NCBI GenBank assembly: GCA_963717935.1
Contig: CAVQXP010000004.1
Span: forward strand, 1,440,001 to 1,504,000
DNA: 64,000 bases
Origin: Candidatus Eiseniibacteriota bacterium
GTDB lineage: Bacteria; Eisenbacteria; RBG-16-71-46
Reading direction: 5' to 3'
The position numbers and the translations under genes are program-made. Each line of letters starts with the position of its first letter. Position 1 is the stretch's first letter. This document shows, piece after piece, positions 9,980 through 20,663 of this stretch. Below the pieces are notes generated by a model. It saw nothing but the letters and a program-made list of their open reading frames with translations, had not been told where the DNA came from and did not search any database.

Positions 9980-10750
9980 TCATTCCGGCGGCAGCGAGAC
10001 TCCCGGCGGGAGCTTCACGCCCAGGTGCTGGCCGCCGTCGAGCACGATCATCTGCCCGGTGAGGGCGGGTGAGCCCAGGATGAAGCGCACCGCGTCGCAG
10101 ATCTCCCCGGGCGTCGTGCCGCGCTTGAGCGGCGTCATCTCGCACTGGCGGACGAAGTCGGCCTCGGTCTGGCGCGGGCTCTTGAGAGCCGGTCCCGGTC
10201 CGATGGCGTTCACGCGGATGCGCGGCGCCAGCGCCAGCGCCAGCGAGCGGGTCAGCGTCCAGAGCCCGGTCTTGCTCACGGTGTACGAGACGAAGTAGGG
10301 CGTCAGGTTCCAGACGCGCTGGTCGAGCAGGTTGATGACGTTGCCCTCCTGGCCCACGGGCAACTGGCGCGCGAAGGCCTGCGTGAGCAGGAACGGCGCG
10401 CGCAGGTTGGTCTCGAGGTGTGCGTCCCACGAGGCGCGTGTCACGGTGTCGGCGAGGTCCAGCTCGAAGGTCGAGGCGTTGTTGACCAGGCAGGTGAGGG
10501 GGCCCAGCGCTTCGGCCGCCCGGGGCACCAGGGTCTCGGTCTCCGCCTCGCGGGCGAGGTCGGCCCGGACCAGCGCGGCGCGTCCGCCGTCCTGCTCGAT
10601 CCGGCCGACGACCTCGCGGGCCTCGGCCTCGGATTGGTTGCAGTGGACCGCCACTGCCCAGCCATGGCGAGCCAGGTCCAGTGCGATGGCGCGGCCGATG
10701 CGCCGCGCTGCGCCGGTGACGAGCGCGATCCTCGGGGACTCGGGACTCAT
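9980..10750 (-). CDS. SDR oxidoreductase, pteridine-reductase/FolM-like
   Basis: TGAARRIG, LVNNAS, YTVSK (YxxxK), IRVNAIGPG. Confidence 0.85.
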   Translation of the reverse strand: MSPESPRIALVTGAARRIGRAIALDLARHGWAVAVHCNQSEAEAREVVGRIEQDGGRAALVRADLAREAETETLVPRAAEALGPLTCLVNNASTFELDLADTVTRASWDAHLETNLRAPFLLTQAFARQLPVGQEGNVINLLDQRVWNLTPYFVSYTVSKTGLWTLTRSLALALAPRIRVNAIGPGPALKSPRQTEADFVRQCEMTPLKRGTTPGEICDAVRFILGSPALTGQMIVLDGGQHLGVKLPPGVSLPPE

Positions 10751-10758
10751 GCCCGGGC

Positions 10759-10787
10759 ATGATGCGGGAGGGAGGCGGGAGGTTCAA
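10759..10787 (-). promoter_or_regulatory. Putative promoter giving a (near-)leaderless SDR transcript
   Basis: TTGAAC-17 nt-CATCAT, 8 nt before the ATG; no SD. Confidence 0.45.
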
Positions 10788-10860
10788 GCGCAGCTTTCCG
10801 GTGACTTCCGCCCGCACCGGGGCGGATACTCCTCCACGACCCCGATCCCCGGAGGTGAGC

Positions 10861-12528
10861 ATGGACCGAGCCGTGAAGCCGTGCACGGGCATCCCCCTCA
10901 CGAACTATCGCCTCTACCGTGCGCGAAGTGTCCCGCGCACCTACCTCGTGATCTCGACCTATTTCGACCACGAGGGCCGGGCCGAGCAGCCCGGTCCGGC
11001 GGAGTTCGAGGAGCGGGGCGCGATGCAGGCGCTGCTCGCCGACCTCGAGGTGGCGCAGGGCGCGCCCGTGACGGAGCGCGCTCCGGCCCGGGGGCCCGCG
11101 GGGGCGCGCCGGCGCCGCGCACCGGTGACCCTGCGCACGCACGGCTTCAACGTCCGCCTCGGTGACTTCGCGCGCGACCTGCTGCTCGAGACGGCGGCCT
11201 CGCCGGGGGAGACCTTCCGGCCGGGCCGCCGCGTGCTCATCGGTTACCGCTGGCCGAGCGAGGGCGTGCTCTCGATGCGCTCGGCCCGCGATGTGGCGAA
11301 GGCCCTGTTCTTCACCGCCGCGGTGAGCGTGCTGCTCCTGCTGCTGCCGCTGCTGGCGCTCTCGCCGCCCGGGCACCAGTGGCTGGCGGGCGGTGCGGCC
11401 GGGCCCGCGGCGCAGGCGCTGCGGACGCTGTTGTGGCCCTACGCCTCGCGCGTGCTCGCGGCCGTGCTGTTCGGCGCGGGCGCGTCACTGCTCGCGCTGC
11501 GGCTCTCCACCTACCTGCGGGACCGCTACCGCGCGCTCCACTACGGCGTGCCCGACCTGTGCGAGTTCGTGCGCGACCTGGAGACCGGGCTCGAGGCCAC
11601 GGGCATCCGGGTGGCGCTCGACCTGGTGGGCCACAGCATGGGCTGCCTGACGCTCGTGAACGCGGTGCGCCTGATGACGGAGTTCTTCCACCGGCCCGGC
11701 GTCGAGAGCCGCTTCATCGGCTTCGGCCGTGCGATCGGACTGCGCACGCTGGTGCTCGCCGCACCCGACATCCCGGCGGCGCTCGCGAGCCCGGGGCGCA
11801 ACAACTACTTCCTCGCCTCGTTGAGGCGCTTCGCCGCGGTGCACGTCCTCTCGAGCGACCGGGACATCGTGCTCAAGTGGGCCTCGACCCTGGTCAACTG
11901 GGCCAGCGAGCCCCGTCACGACATGGCGGGCCGGCACCTCGGCAACGTCTTCCTGGCGCGCGCCGGGAGCGTGCCGCAGGGCGGGCACGAGACGCCTCAC
12001 GTCGGCGCCTACCTGCCCGTGCTGCGCCCGCAGGTGCGTGCCTTCCCGGTGCTCGATCCGAGGGCCCAGCGGACCGGGCAGCACCGGCTGGCGTGGGTCC
12101 ACTTTCACGACTGCAGCGTGTGCCCCAGCCTCGCGGCCGGCCGCGGCCGGCCCGTGGCGCTGAGTCTCGGCGTGCTCGCGGGCATCGTGGCGCTCCATCT
12201 GTGGATGGGCCTGGGCGTCACGCTCTGGGCGCTGGCGTGGGCCACGGCCCTGTTCGGCCTCGGGGCACTCGCGCGGTGGATCCCGGGCTGGCGCGACCGG
12301 TGGTGGCTCGGCCCGCTCGTCGGCATGCTCGCCGACTGGCCCTCGGTCGTCGGCTTCGGTCCGCACTCGAACCCGCACGGTGGCTACTTCGTCCCCGGGA
12401 GCGAGCCGCGCCGCCTGATCGCGCGCATCCTCCGGCATCCGGCGCGCCGGCCCGTGGCAGGGGAGGCGCCCGCGCTCGTGCGCACGGGCGGGCGCATCCG
12501 CACGAGCGCCGTGGCGCTGGAGGTGTAG
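10861..12528 (+). CDS. Alpha/beta hydrolase (DUF900-like) with membrane-helix insertions
   Basis: HGFN, GYRWPS, GHSMG nucleophile elbow, LAAPD, HGGYF; GGAGG SD before the ATG at 10861. Confidence 0.7.
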   Translation: MDRAVKPCTGIPLTNYRLYRARSVPRTYLVISTYFDHEGRAEQPGPAEFEERGAMQALLADLEVAQGAPVTERAPARGPAGARRRRAPVTLRTHGFNVRLGDFARDLLLETAASPGETFRPGRRVLIGYRWPSEGVLSMRSARDVAKALFFTAAVSVLLLLLPLLALSPPGHQWLAGGAAGPAAQALRTLLWPYASRVLAAVLFGAGASLLALRLSTYLRDRYRALHYGVPDLCEFVRDLETGLEATGIRVALDLVGHSMGCLTLVNAVRLMTEFFHRPGVESRFIGFGRAIGLRTLVLAAPDIPAALASPGRNNYFLASLRRFAAVHVLSSDRDIVLKWASTLVNWASEPRHDMAGRHLGNVFLARAGSVPQGGHETPHVGAYLPVLRPQVRAFPVLDPRAQRTGQHRLAWVHFHDCSVCPSLAAGRGRPVALSLGVLAGIVALHLWMGLGVTLWALAWATALFGLGALARWIPGWRDRWWLGPLVGMLADWPSVVGFGPHSNPHGGYFVPGSEPRRLIARILRHPARRPVAGEAPALVRTGGRIRTSAVALEV

Positions 12529-12582
12529 CGGTCGCGGGCCCCCGCACGCCGCAGCGCGCGGGGGCTCGCCCGTCGGGCGCCG

Positions 12583-13461
12583 CTACTTCTTGATCGGCAC
12601 CACGGTCCTGTCGTCCAGCCCGAGCACGTTCACCAGGTCCGATCCGGCGGGCACGATGAACTTGGTCTGACCGGCCAGCACGTTGTTGAGCACGTCGAGG
12701 CGCTTGCTCATCTCGGCGCGCTCCTTGAAGTACGACTCCGCCGCGTTCGAGACCATCTCGATGGCCTTGGCCTCGGCCGTGGCGCGGGTGATGCGGGCTT
12801 GGGCGTCGCCCTCGGCCCTCAGGATCTCGGACTGGCGCACGCCCTCGGCCTGCAGGATCTGCGCCTGCTTCACGCCCTCGGCCTCGAGGATGTTGGCACG
12901 CTTGTCGCGCTCGGCCTTCATCTGGCGCGACATGGCCTCGGTGATGTCGGCCGGCGGATCGATCTTCTGCACCTCGACGCGCGTGACCTTCACGCCCCAG
13001 GTGTTGGTGGCCTCGTCCAGCACGGCTCGCAGGTTGGCGTTGATGGTGTCGCGCGCCGTGAGGGTCTCGTCGAGCAACTTGTCGCCGATCAGGTTGCGCA
13101 GGTTGGTCTGGGCCAGCGTCGTGGCCGCGTAGCCGAAGTTCTGCACCTCGAAGGTCGCCTTCACGGGGTCGCTGATGCGGTAGTAGATGACCGCGTCCAC
13201 CGTGACCGAGACGTTGTCCTTGGTGATGACCTTCTGCGGCTCGACGTTGATGACCCGCTCGCGCATGTCCACCTTGATCATGTCCTCGATCAGGGGCACG
13301 AGGAAGGTGAGGCCCGAGTCGGCCGAGGCCCGGTAGCGCCCGAGGCGCATGATCAGGCCCTTCTCGTACTGGGACACGATGCGCGCCGAGCGCGCCAGGG
13401 CGATGAGCGCGATGAACAGGACGATGAAGAGCAGGAGCGTGCCGAATTGAGCGACCATCAC
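12583..13461 (-). CDS. SPFH/stomatin (paraslipin-like) protein
   Basis: N-terminal TM helix, [34 protein letters not shown]. Confidence 0.92.
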   Translation of the reverse strand: MMVAQFGTLLLFIVLFIALIALARSARIVSQYEKGLIMRLGRYRASADSGLTFLVPLIEDMIKVDMRERVINVEPQKVITKDNVSVTVDAVIYYRISDPVKATFEVQNFGYAATTLAQTNLRNLIGDKLLDETLTARDTINANLRAVLDEATNTWGVKVTRVEVQKIDPPADITEAMSRQMKAERDKRANILEAEGVKQAQILQAEGVRQSEILRAEGDAQARITRATAEAKAIEMVSNAAESYFKERAEMSKRLDVLNNVLAGQTKFIVPAGSDLVNVLGLDDRTVVPIKK

Positions 13462-13913
13462 GGGATCCTCCGCACGGTGAGCGTGACGCCGTCGATGCCC
13501 TCGACCAGCACCTCGGCCCCAACTTCGAGCGCGCCCGGCTCATCCGGCGCGGGGCGCGCTCGCCACACCTCGCCGCGCAGGCTCACCTGCCCGGGTTGAT
13601 GGGCCGAGAGGGCCTGCGTCACCAGCGCGCGCTGCCCGAGCAGCGCGTCCGTGTTGGTGGCGATGCCGGGTCGCTTGAGCCGCGCGCGCACCCAGCGGCG
13701 CCCCGCCACGATGTAGAGCACGCACAGCGCGCTTGCCGTCACGAATCCCGCGGCGGCGTTGCCCATCAGCAGGCCGAGTGCTCCGCCCAGCACGAACGAC
13801 GAGCCGATCAGGACGAGGTCGAAGCCGGCGAAGCCGCCGAGCAAGGCCTCGATGAGCACCATCGCGGCTCCCGCCACCACCAGCACCCAGTTCCAGTTCA
13901 GGTTGAGGGGCAT
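13458..13913 (-). CDS. NfeD family membrane protein
   Basis: N-terminal TM helices plus OB-fold [12 protein letters not shown]...[11 protein letters not shown]; overlaps the SPFH gene start. Confidence 0.88.
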   Translation of the reverse strand: MPLNLNWNWVLVVAGAAMVLIEALLGGFAGFDLVLIGSSFVLGGALGLLMGNAAAGFVTASALCVLYIVAGRRWVRARLKRPGIATNTDALLGQRALVTQALSAHQPGQVSLRGEVWRARPAPDEPGALEVGAEVLVEGIDGVTLTVRRIP

Positions 13914-13968
13914 CTTCATCCTCCCGGCCGCCGGACGTCCGGGCTGGTGCGCCGAAGCGGCCACGGTC

Positions 13969-13996
13969 ACGATAGCAGGACTCCGTCGCGTGACAA
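13969..13996 (-). promoter_or_regulatory. Putative promoter of nfeD-SPFH
   Basis: TTGTCA-16 nt-TATCGT with extended -10 TG. Confidence 0.5.
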
Positions 13997-14079
13997 GTCG
14001 AACTGCGGGCGGCGGCGTCCGGGGCCGGGGGGCGGTGGGGAGGGGGACCGGCGTCCGCGCAGGGCTGCCGGCGCGGGGC

Positions 14080-15491
14080 TCAGCGCCGCGCCGGTCCGGC
14101 GGTGCCCCGGAGCCGCGCGGTGGCGGCCTCGAGGTCGAGCCCCAGCAGATCGGCGATCAGGCGCGCCACTTCCGTGTTCTCATGCAGGCCGATGAAGCGC
14201 TCGCGGCCCGGCCCCCAGGCGTAGAGCCCGACGTCGACGCCGGTGTGCCCGCCGGTGCTCCAGCCGACGCGCGCCCGCCGGCTCTCGATCTCGCTCAGCG
14301 CCCGCAGCAGGCCGAAGCGGCGCACCGAGTCGGGCGCGGCGGCGGCGGCGACCAGGACCGCTCTCTCCTCGTCCTCGAGCGGGCCCAGCGCCCGTCCCGC
14401 GCTCCGCCACGGTGACCGGGTCGCCGCCATCCACGATGTCGCCGGACATCCGCCAGACCGAGGCGCGGGCGGCGAGGAGCGACTCGGGGTGCATCACGTA
14501 CGGGCTCGCGCGTCCCACGCGGCGCCCGAGCCCGAGCCCGCCGGTCTCGTGGTCCGCCACGGACACGACGAGCGTGTGCCCGTCGCGGCGGGCGAAGGCG
14601 AGCGCGAGCCCCACCGCCCGGTCATAGGCGAGCACCTCGCGGGCCACCGCGGCCGGGTCGTCGTCGTGGCCAGCGTCGTCGATCCGGCCGCCCTCGACCA
14701 GGAGGAAGAAACCGCGCGGGGAGGGCCCCAGCAGCTCGAGCGCCTTCGCGGTCATCTGAGCGAGCGAGGGCTCGCGCAGCGTGTCGCGATCGATCTCGAG
14801 GGCGATCTGATCCGTGCCGATGCCGAAGAGCCCGAGCAGCGGCAGCCCGCGGGCCGCCGCCAGCTCGGCGGGAGTCGTGACCACGGTGCCACCGCGTGCG
14901 CGGTGCTCCGCGAACAGGTCGCGGCTGTCGCGGCGCCGGCCGCCCGCCGAGACCGGGCGCCAGCGCGACAGGTCGCCGCCGAGCAGCACGTCCACGTGGT
15001 GCTGGAGCATCTCGACCGCGATCGAGTCCTGCAACGTGCGCCGGGTGACGTGCGCCACGAAGGCCGCGGGCGTCGCGTCGGTCAGATCGGCGGTGGTGAC
15101 GAGCCCGGTTGCCATGCCCCGGGCCTCCGCGGCTTCGACCAGCGTGCCCACGGGACGGCCCTCGGGGTCCACACCGACCATGCGGTTGCGGGTCTTCACC
15201 CCGGAGGCGTAGGCGGTGCCGCCCGCGGCCGAGTCGGTGACGTGCGAGTCGGCGGAGTGCGTCTCGACCGCGCCCACCAGGAGGCTGTCGAGCACGAGGG
15301 GACGCCCCGACACCAGCCGGGCGAGCGTGATCGCCGCCGGGCCGCAGCCGTCGGGGATCATGAGGATGACGTTGCGCGGCCGCGCCGTCGCGTCGGCCGG
15401 GGCGCCCGCGGCGCGCGTGTGCCGCCGCGGCGCCGAGAGCGAGCGCCAGCGCGAGCAGCGAAGGCAGGACGAGACGGCGGAGCCCGGGCAT
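14080..15491 (-). CDS. Alkaline phosphatase (PhoA type), exported; two apparent +1 indels (~15413, ~14390)
   Basis: Signal peptide ending AHA, PRNVILMIPDG, VTDSAAG, ATPAAF, VEGGRID, ADHETGG, GHTGVDV; pieces lie in three frames. Confidence 0.8.
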
Positions 15492-15499
15492 CCTGTGGC

Positions 15500-16717
15500 C
15501 TACTTCCAGGTCCTCACGCAGCGGCGCTGGCCGATCTGGATCTCGGCGGGGGAGGACGGGTCGAGCGCCCATCTCAGGCGCGCGATGGCCTCCACCAGGT
15601 CCTGCCGCGCGCCGGCGTAGGAGAGCCGCAGGTGCCCCTCCATGCCGAACTCGCGGCCGGGCACGGTGACCAGCAGGGCCTGCTTGAGCAGGAACTCCGA
15701 CAGCCGCATCGAGTCTCCGTCATGGGCGCTGAAGTCGGGCAGGCAGTAGAACGTGCCGTCCGGTTTCGCGCACTCGACCCCGGGGATCGAGGCGAGCCCA
15801 TGCATCACCACGTCGCGGTTCTCCTGCATGGCGCGCCGCAGCGTCTCGACCACGCCCTGGTCGCCGTTCAGCGCGCCCTCGGCGCCCGCCTGGAGCACCG
15901 TGGAGCTGCAGGTCGTGGTCTGGCTCTGGATGTTGGTCATGACGGCCACCAGCTCGCGGCTTGCGACGGCCCAGCCGATGCGGAAGCCGGTCATGCCGTA
16001 GGTCTTCGCCACCCCGTTGACGAGCACGACCTTGGTGCTCTCCACGTCGCGGTCGGTGAAGCGCCAGGCCGACACGGCCTGGCGGCCGTCGAAGACGAGC
16101 TTGTGGTAGATGTCGTCCATCAGCAGGTAGATGTCCCGGCGCTCGCAGAGCTGCACGAGGGCCTGGATGAAGCCCTCGTCGTACATCACGCCGGAGGGGT
16201 TGTTCGGGCTGTTGCAGAGGATGGCCCTCGTGCGGGGAGTGAGTGCGCGCTCGATCTCCGCCAGGCTCGGACGGAAGCCGCCGTCCGCGGCCGTGACGAC
16301 CACCGGCACTCCGCGGCACATGCGCGTGATCTCCGGGTAGCTGACCCAGTAGGGCGCCAGCAGGACGACCTCGTCCTGCGGGTCGAGCAGGGCATAGAGC
16401 AGGTTGAAGAGCGACTGCTTGGCTCCCGAGGAGACGATGACGTTGGCCGGCGTGACCTTCCGGCCGTAGTTCGTCTCGGTGTAACGGACGATGGCCTGCT
16501 TGAGTCCGGGCGTGCCGTCGGTCGAGGAGTACTTGACGTCGCCCTGGTTCAGCACGGCCGCCGCGCCGGCGATGGCGGCTTCAGGCGTCTTGTTCTTGGG
16601 TTCGCCGATGCCTAGGTGGATCACGGCTTCGCCCCTCGCCCGCAGGACGCGGGCTTCCTCGTTCAGTCTGAGGGTGGGCGACTCGGCGATGGACGAAGCG
16701 AGCTGGCTGAGGCCCAT
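15500..16717 (-). CDS. Class I PLP-dependent aminotransferase (AspC-like)
   Basis: GAKQSL, NSPNNPSG, DDIY, KTYGMTGFRIG. Confidence 0.9.
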   Translation of the reverse strand: MGLSQLASSIAESPTLRLNEEARVLRARGEAVIHLGIGEPKNKTPEAAIAGAAAVLNQGDVKYSSTDGTPGLKQAIVRYTETNYGRKVTPANVIVSSGAKQSLFNLLYALLDPQDEVVLLAPYWVSYPEITRMCRGVPVVVTAADGGFRPSLAEIERALTPRTRAILCNSPNNPSGVMYDEGFIQALVQLCERRDIYLLMDDIYHKLVFDGRQAVSAWRFTDRDVESTKVVLVNGVAKTYGMTGFRIGWAVASRELVAVMTNIQSQTTTCSSTVLQAGAEGALNGDQGVVETLRRAMQENRDVVMHGLASIPGVECAKPDGTFYCLPDFSAHDGDSMRLSEFLLKQALLVTVPGREFGMEGHLRLSYAGARQDLVEAIARLRWALDPSSPAEIQIGQRRCVRTWK

Positions 16718-16777
16718 CGGATATTGACCTCCTGAGCGCGGACGCGGTGACTCCACCGCAGGAAAGAGATTCGCGGC

Positions 16778-16807
16778 AGTATAGGCTCGGCCTTCGGTGC
16801 CGGACAA
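16778..16807 (-). promoter_or_regulatory. Putative sigma70 promoter of the aminotransferase
   Basis: TTGTCC-18 nt-TATACT. Confidence 0.5.
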
Positions 16808-17052
16808 CACACGCGGGACACTCCGGTCGGTCGGCCGCCGGACGATCTTCGGCGGGAGAGGAGCGCACGGCGGCTCGTGGACGCGCCGTCCCCGGGTCCG
16901 CGCGCCCCGGGGGCGGCGGGGCGGCCTTCCGCGCCCCTTCGGCAAGCGGGCCGCGCATGCACTAGAATGTCAGGGTCCTTCGCACTGTCACCATCGGGCG
17001 GGCCGCGTCGCGCGAGCCGCCCTTCACGAACCTCTCAACCGGAAGGTCGCAC

Positions 17053-17946
17053 GTGGAATTCCGCAAGCTGGGCATCGTCGGCGGGGGCACGATGGGCAAG
17101 TCCATCGCCGAGAAGGTCGCGTCCAACGGCATCGACGTCATCGTGGTGGAGATCTCCCAGGCGAAGGCCGACCGGGCCCGCGAGGAGCTGGTCGGCACGC
17201 TGGACCGCGAGCTCGAGAAGTGGGCCATCACGGCGTCCGAGAAGAAGGTGGTCCTGTCGCGCGTGCGCTTCACCGCCGACCTGGCCGAACTCGCCGCGAC
17301 GGACATGGTCATCGAGACCGTGAACGAGGACCTCGAGACCAAGAAGGACGTCATGCGGCGGCTCGGCTCGGTCTGCCCGCCGGACCGCATCTTCATCACC
17401 AACACCTCGACCCTGAGCATCACCGAGATCGCGGCGGCTTCCGGGCGGCCCGACAGGGTGCTGGGCATGCACTTCATGCGTCCCGTGACGCGCACGCCGG
17501 TGGTCGAGGTGATCCGCGGGGTCGAGACCTCGGACGAGACCTACGGTCAGGCCCTGGCTCTGGCGCGGGCGCTCGAGAAGACGGCGGTCACGGTCTTCGA
17601 GTACCCGGGCTACATCGTGACGCGCGTCATCCTGCCGATGCTGAACGAGGCGATGTATGTCGTCATGGAAGGCGTGGCCAGCGCCGAGGATGTGGACCTG
17701 GCGATGAAGCTCTCCTACGAGTTCCGCGTGGGGCCGCTCGAATACGCCGACCGCGTGGGGCTCGACAAGATCATGGGCTGGATGGATCACCTGTTCCGCG
17801 AGCTGGGGGACATCAAGTACCGGCCCTGCCCGCTGCTGCACAAGCTGGTGCGCGCCGGGCACCTCGGCCGCAAGACCGGCCGCGGCTTCTTCGTCTACGA
17901 CGGACGCCAGCGCGTGAGCGGCACCGGGAAGGAGGCGTCGCTGTGA
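17053..17946 (+). CDS. hbd: 3-hydroxybutyryl-CoA / 3-hydroxyacyl-CoA dehydrogenase
   Basis: [34 protein letters not shown]. Confidence 0.85.
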   Translation: MEFRKLGIVGGGTMGKSIAEKVASNGIDVIVVEISQAKADRAREELVGTLDRELEKWAITASEKKVVLSRVRFTADLAELAATDMVIETVNEDLETKKDVMRRLGSVCPPDRIFITNTSTLSITEIAAASGRPDRVLGMHFMRPVTRTPVVEVIRGVETSDETYGQALALARALEKTAVTVFEYPGYIVTRVILPMLNEAMYVVMEGVASAEDVDLAMKLSYEFRVGPLEYADRVGLDKIMGWMDHLFRELGDIKYRPCPLLHKLVRAGHLGRKTGRGFFVYDGRQRVSGTGKEASL

Positions 17947-19184
17947 AGGTCCTCGTCATCAACTCCGGATCCTCGTCCGTCAAGTACCAGCTCATCGAGA
18001 CCTCGCTCGAGTTGATCGAGCAGGACGCCGACCACGCCATCGCCCGCGGCTCGGTGGAGCGCATCGGGACGTCGAGCGCCGTCCACACCTACCGCCCGGC
18101 GGGGCGGGACAAGGTGAGCGTGGTCAAGGAGATCCTCGAGCACCGGGTGGCGATCGCCGAGATCATCCAGACGCTCACCGCCCCGAAGACCGGCGTGATC
18201 CACGAGGTCGCGGAGATCGAGGCGGTGGGCCACCGCATGGTGCATGGCGGCGAGAAGTTCACGCAGTCGGCCCTGTGCACGCCCGAGGTGGTCCAGGAGA
18301 TCGAGGACTGTTGCGAACTGGCGCCGCTGCACAACCCGCACAACCTGCGCGGCTACCACGCGGCCCGGCAGATCCTGCCCGACGTGCCGCACGCGGCGGT
18401 GTTCGACACCTCCTACCACCAGACCATGCCGCCGTACGCCTACCTGTACGGCCTGCCCTACGTGCTCTACACGCGGCACGGCATCCGGCGCTACGGCTTC
18501 CACGGCACCTCGCACCGCTTCGTGGGCTGGCGCTCCCGCAAGCTGCTGGGGCGGCCGCGCGAGGAGACGCGCCTGATCACCTGTCACCTGGGCAACGGCG
18601 CCAGCATCTGCGCGATCGACCACGGGCGCTCGGTGGACACCTCGATGGGCTTCACGCCCCTCGAGGGGCTGCTCATGGGCACGCGCTGCGGTGACCTCGA
18701 CCCGGCAGTCCTCTTCTACGTGATGCACAAGGAGGACCTGACCGAGTACGAGGGCAGCACCATGCTGAACAAGCACTCGGGCCTGTTCGGCGTCTCGGGC
18801 CTGTCGAACGACATGCTCGAACTGGAGAAGGCCGAGGCGCAGGGGCACGAGCGCGCGAAGCTCGCCATCGACATCTTCTGCTACCGCGTGAGGAAGTACA
18901 TCGGTGCCTACGCCGCGGCCATGGGCGGCGTGGACGCGATCATCTTCACGGGCGGCATCGGCGAGAACTCGTCGATCGTGCGCGCCCGCTCGATGGCGGG
19001 GCTCGAGTTCATGGGCGCCAGCCTCGACCCGGCGGGCAACGAAGCCGCGGTGAAGGGCAAGGAGGCCGACATCTCGACCGCGGACGCGAAGGTGCGCACG
19101 CTCGTCATCCCCACGAACGAGGAGTTGATCATCGCCCGCGACACGCTGCGGCTGATGAAGGGGAAGCTTCAGCCGACGGGGTGA
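17943..19184 (+). CDS. ackA: Acetate kinase
   Basis: [58 protein letters not shown] overlap with hbd. Confidence 0.95.
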   Translation: MKVLVINSGSSSVKYQLIETSLELIEQDADHAIARGSVERIGTSSAVHTYRPAGRDKVSVVKEILEHRVAIAEIIQTLTAPKTGVIHEVAEIEAVGHRMVHGGEKFTQSALCTPEVVQEIEDCCELAPLHNPHNLRGYHAARQILPDVPHAAVFDTSYHQTMPPYAYLYGLPYVLYTRHGIRRYGFHGTSHRFVGWRSRKLLGRPREETRLITCHLGNGASICAIDHGRSVDTSMGFTPLEGLLMGTRCGDLDPAVLFYVMHKEDLTEYEGSTMLNKHSGLFGVSGLSNDMLELEKAEAQGHERAKLAIDIFCYRVRKYIGAYAAAMGGVDAIIFTGGIGENSSIVRARSMAGLEFMGASLDPAGNEAAVKGKEADISTADAKVRTLVIPTNEELIIARDTLRLMKGKLQPTG

Positions 19185-19208
19185 GCACCGTTTGCTCGTC
19201 CCCTGGGT

Positions 19209-19283
19209 GGCGGGGGGCTTGCACGGGCCGGAGGACGGCTAGGTACGGACACGCTCGCCCTCCGGCCCGTGCAAGCCCCGCCG
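19209..19283 (+). repeat. Structured intergenic repeat, copy A (perfect 21-bp stem, 24-nt loop)
   Basis: GGGGCTTGCACGGGCCGGAGG (19214-19234) is the exact reverse complement of 19259-19279; related to 33509-33600. Confidence 0.75.
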
Positions 19284-19398
19284 CTCGTCTGATGGGGGTG
19301 GACGCCGGCCCCGCCGCGCTCGATGGGCAGCCGGCCGCTCGTGAAAGAACGCCCCGGGTCCTTCGTAGGGACCCGGGGCGTCGCGTGAGCGGAACGCT

Positions 19399-20547
19399 TC
19401 AGCCGACGTCGGCCGTGACCACCACCGGGTGGCGGATGATCCCGAAGGCGATGCTTGCCGAGAGCCCGCCGCCGAAGCCGAAGAGCCCGAAACGGCGTCC
19501 CACCGTGAGCGCGTCCGCATTCAGGGACAGCGCGAGCGGGACCGAGGCGCTGGTGGTGTTGCCGAAGCGCCCGCTGGCAGTCAGCACCTGGCCGCGGAAG
19601 CCGTCCTTCTTCCACTGCGCGATGATCGCGTCGTTGAGCATCAGGTTGGCCTCGTGCAGGGCCACGAGATCGAGCTCGTCGAGCTTCCAGCCGGCCTTGC
19701 CGAGCGCTGCCGCGACCCCGGGGCCGCCCACGAAAGGCACCAGAACCTCCTTCACCGCGCGCCCGTCCATCGCCAGCAGGTGCTGGCCCTCCTGGATGTC
19801 CTCGGCCGAGCGCAGCGGGGCGCGCGAGCCGCCCATGGGTGTCTGGATGATGTCCGCGTGGCGGCCGTCGAGCCAGGACCAGAAACGCTCCGGGGCGAAC
19901 CAGTCCTCGTCCGCGGGGACCGCCTCGCAGAGCGTGGCCGTGCCGGCGTCGCCCAGCACGGTGGCGAAGGAGCGGTCGCGCCAGTTGATGGTGCAGCTCA
20001 TGCGGTCCGCGCCGACGACCACGATGCGCCGTGCCATCCCCGAGCGGATCAGGGCGTAGGCGAGCGTCAGCGCCGCCACCCACGAGGAACAGGCGAGCGA
20101 GACGTCCGCGCCCTTCAGCTCGCGCGGCAGGCCGCCCTGGAGGATCGGGATGCCGAGCGCCTCCTGCAGCAACGCCGCGTCGGGCGGACTGTAGAGGTAG
20201 GAGTGCGTCACGCTGGCGAACAGGATGCCGTCCACGTCCGCGGGCGCGGTCCCGGTGCTCTCGATCAGTCGTCGCGCGGCCAGGGTCGCCAGGTCGATGG
20301 TGCCCTGGCCCTCGGCGCTGAAGCGACGTTCGCTGAAGCCGATGAAGCGGCGCACCCAGCGATCGCTGGTCGCGAATTCGCGGGCCTCGTCGGGGGTGAG
20401 CCCGTGTCCACGTTCCTGTCGAAGCTGGGCGTTGCGCCGGATCCGTGCCAGGCGCAGCCGCGCCGCCACCTTCTCGTTGCTCCACACCTGGCGCGGAGCG
20501 TAGGAGCTGATCCCGGCGAGACGCATGCCAAAGGGATGGGTCGTCAC
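19399..20547 (-). CDS. 3-oxoacyl-ACP synthase III family protein
   Basis: Cys-His-Asn triad: SLACSSW, HEAN, FGNTTSAS; also LGDAG, MDGRAV, GFGGGLS. Confidence 0.85.
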   Translation of the reverse strand: MTTHPFGMRLAGISSYAPRQVWSNEKVAARLRLARIRRNAQLRQERGHGLTPDEAREFATSDRWVRRFIGFSERRFSAEGQGTIDLATLAARRLIESTGTAPADVDGILFASVTHSYLYSPPDAALLQEALGIPILQGGLPRELKGADVSLACSSWVAALTLAYALIRSGMARRIVVVGADRMSCTINWRDRSFATVLGDAGTATLCEAVPADEDWFAPERFWSWLDGRHADIIQTPMGGSRAPLRSAEDIQEGQHLLAMDGRAVKEVLVPFVGGPGVAAALGKAGWKLDELDLVALHEANLMLNDAIIAQWKKDGFRGQVLTASGRFGNTTSASVPLALSLNADALTVGRRFGLFGFGGGLSASIAFGIIRHPVVVTADVG

Positions 20548-20663
20548 GTCAAGACTCCTTGGCGGGGCCGACTAGCGGCCATGGAGACACACGATGAAAA
20601 GCGGCGCGACCTTACCACCGCGCGCGCGCCGCACCAACTTGCGCAGCGGCACCGGCGCCGCGC

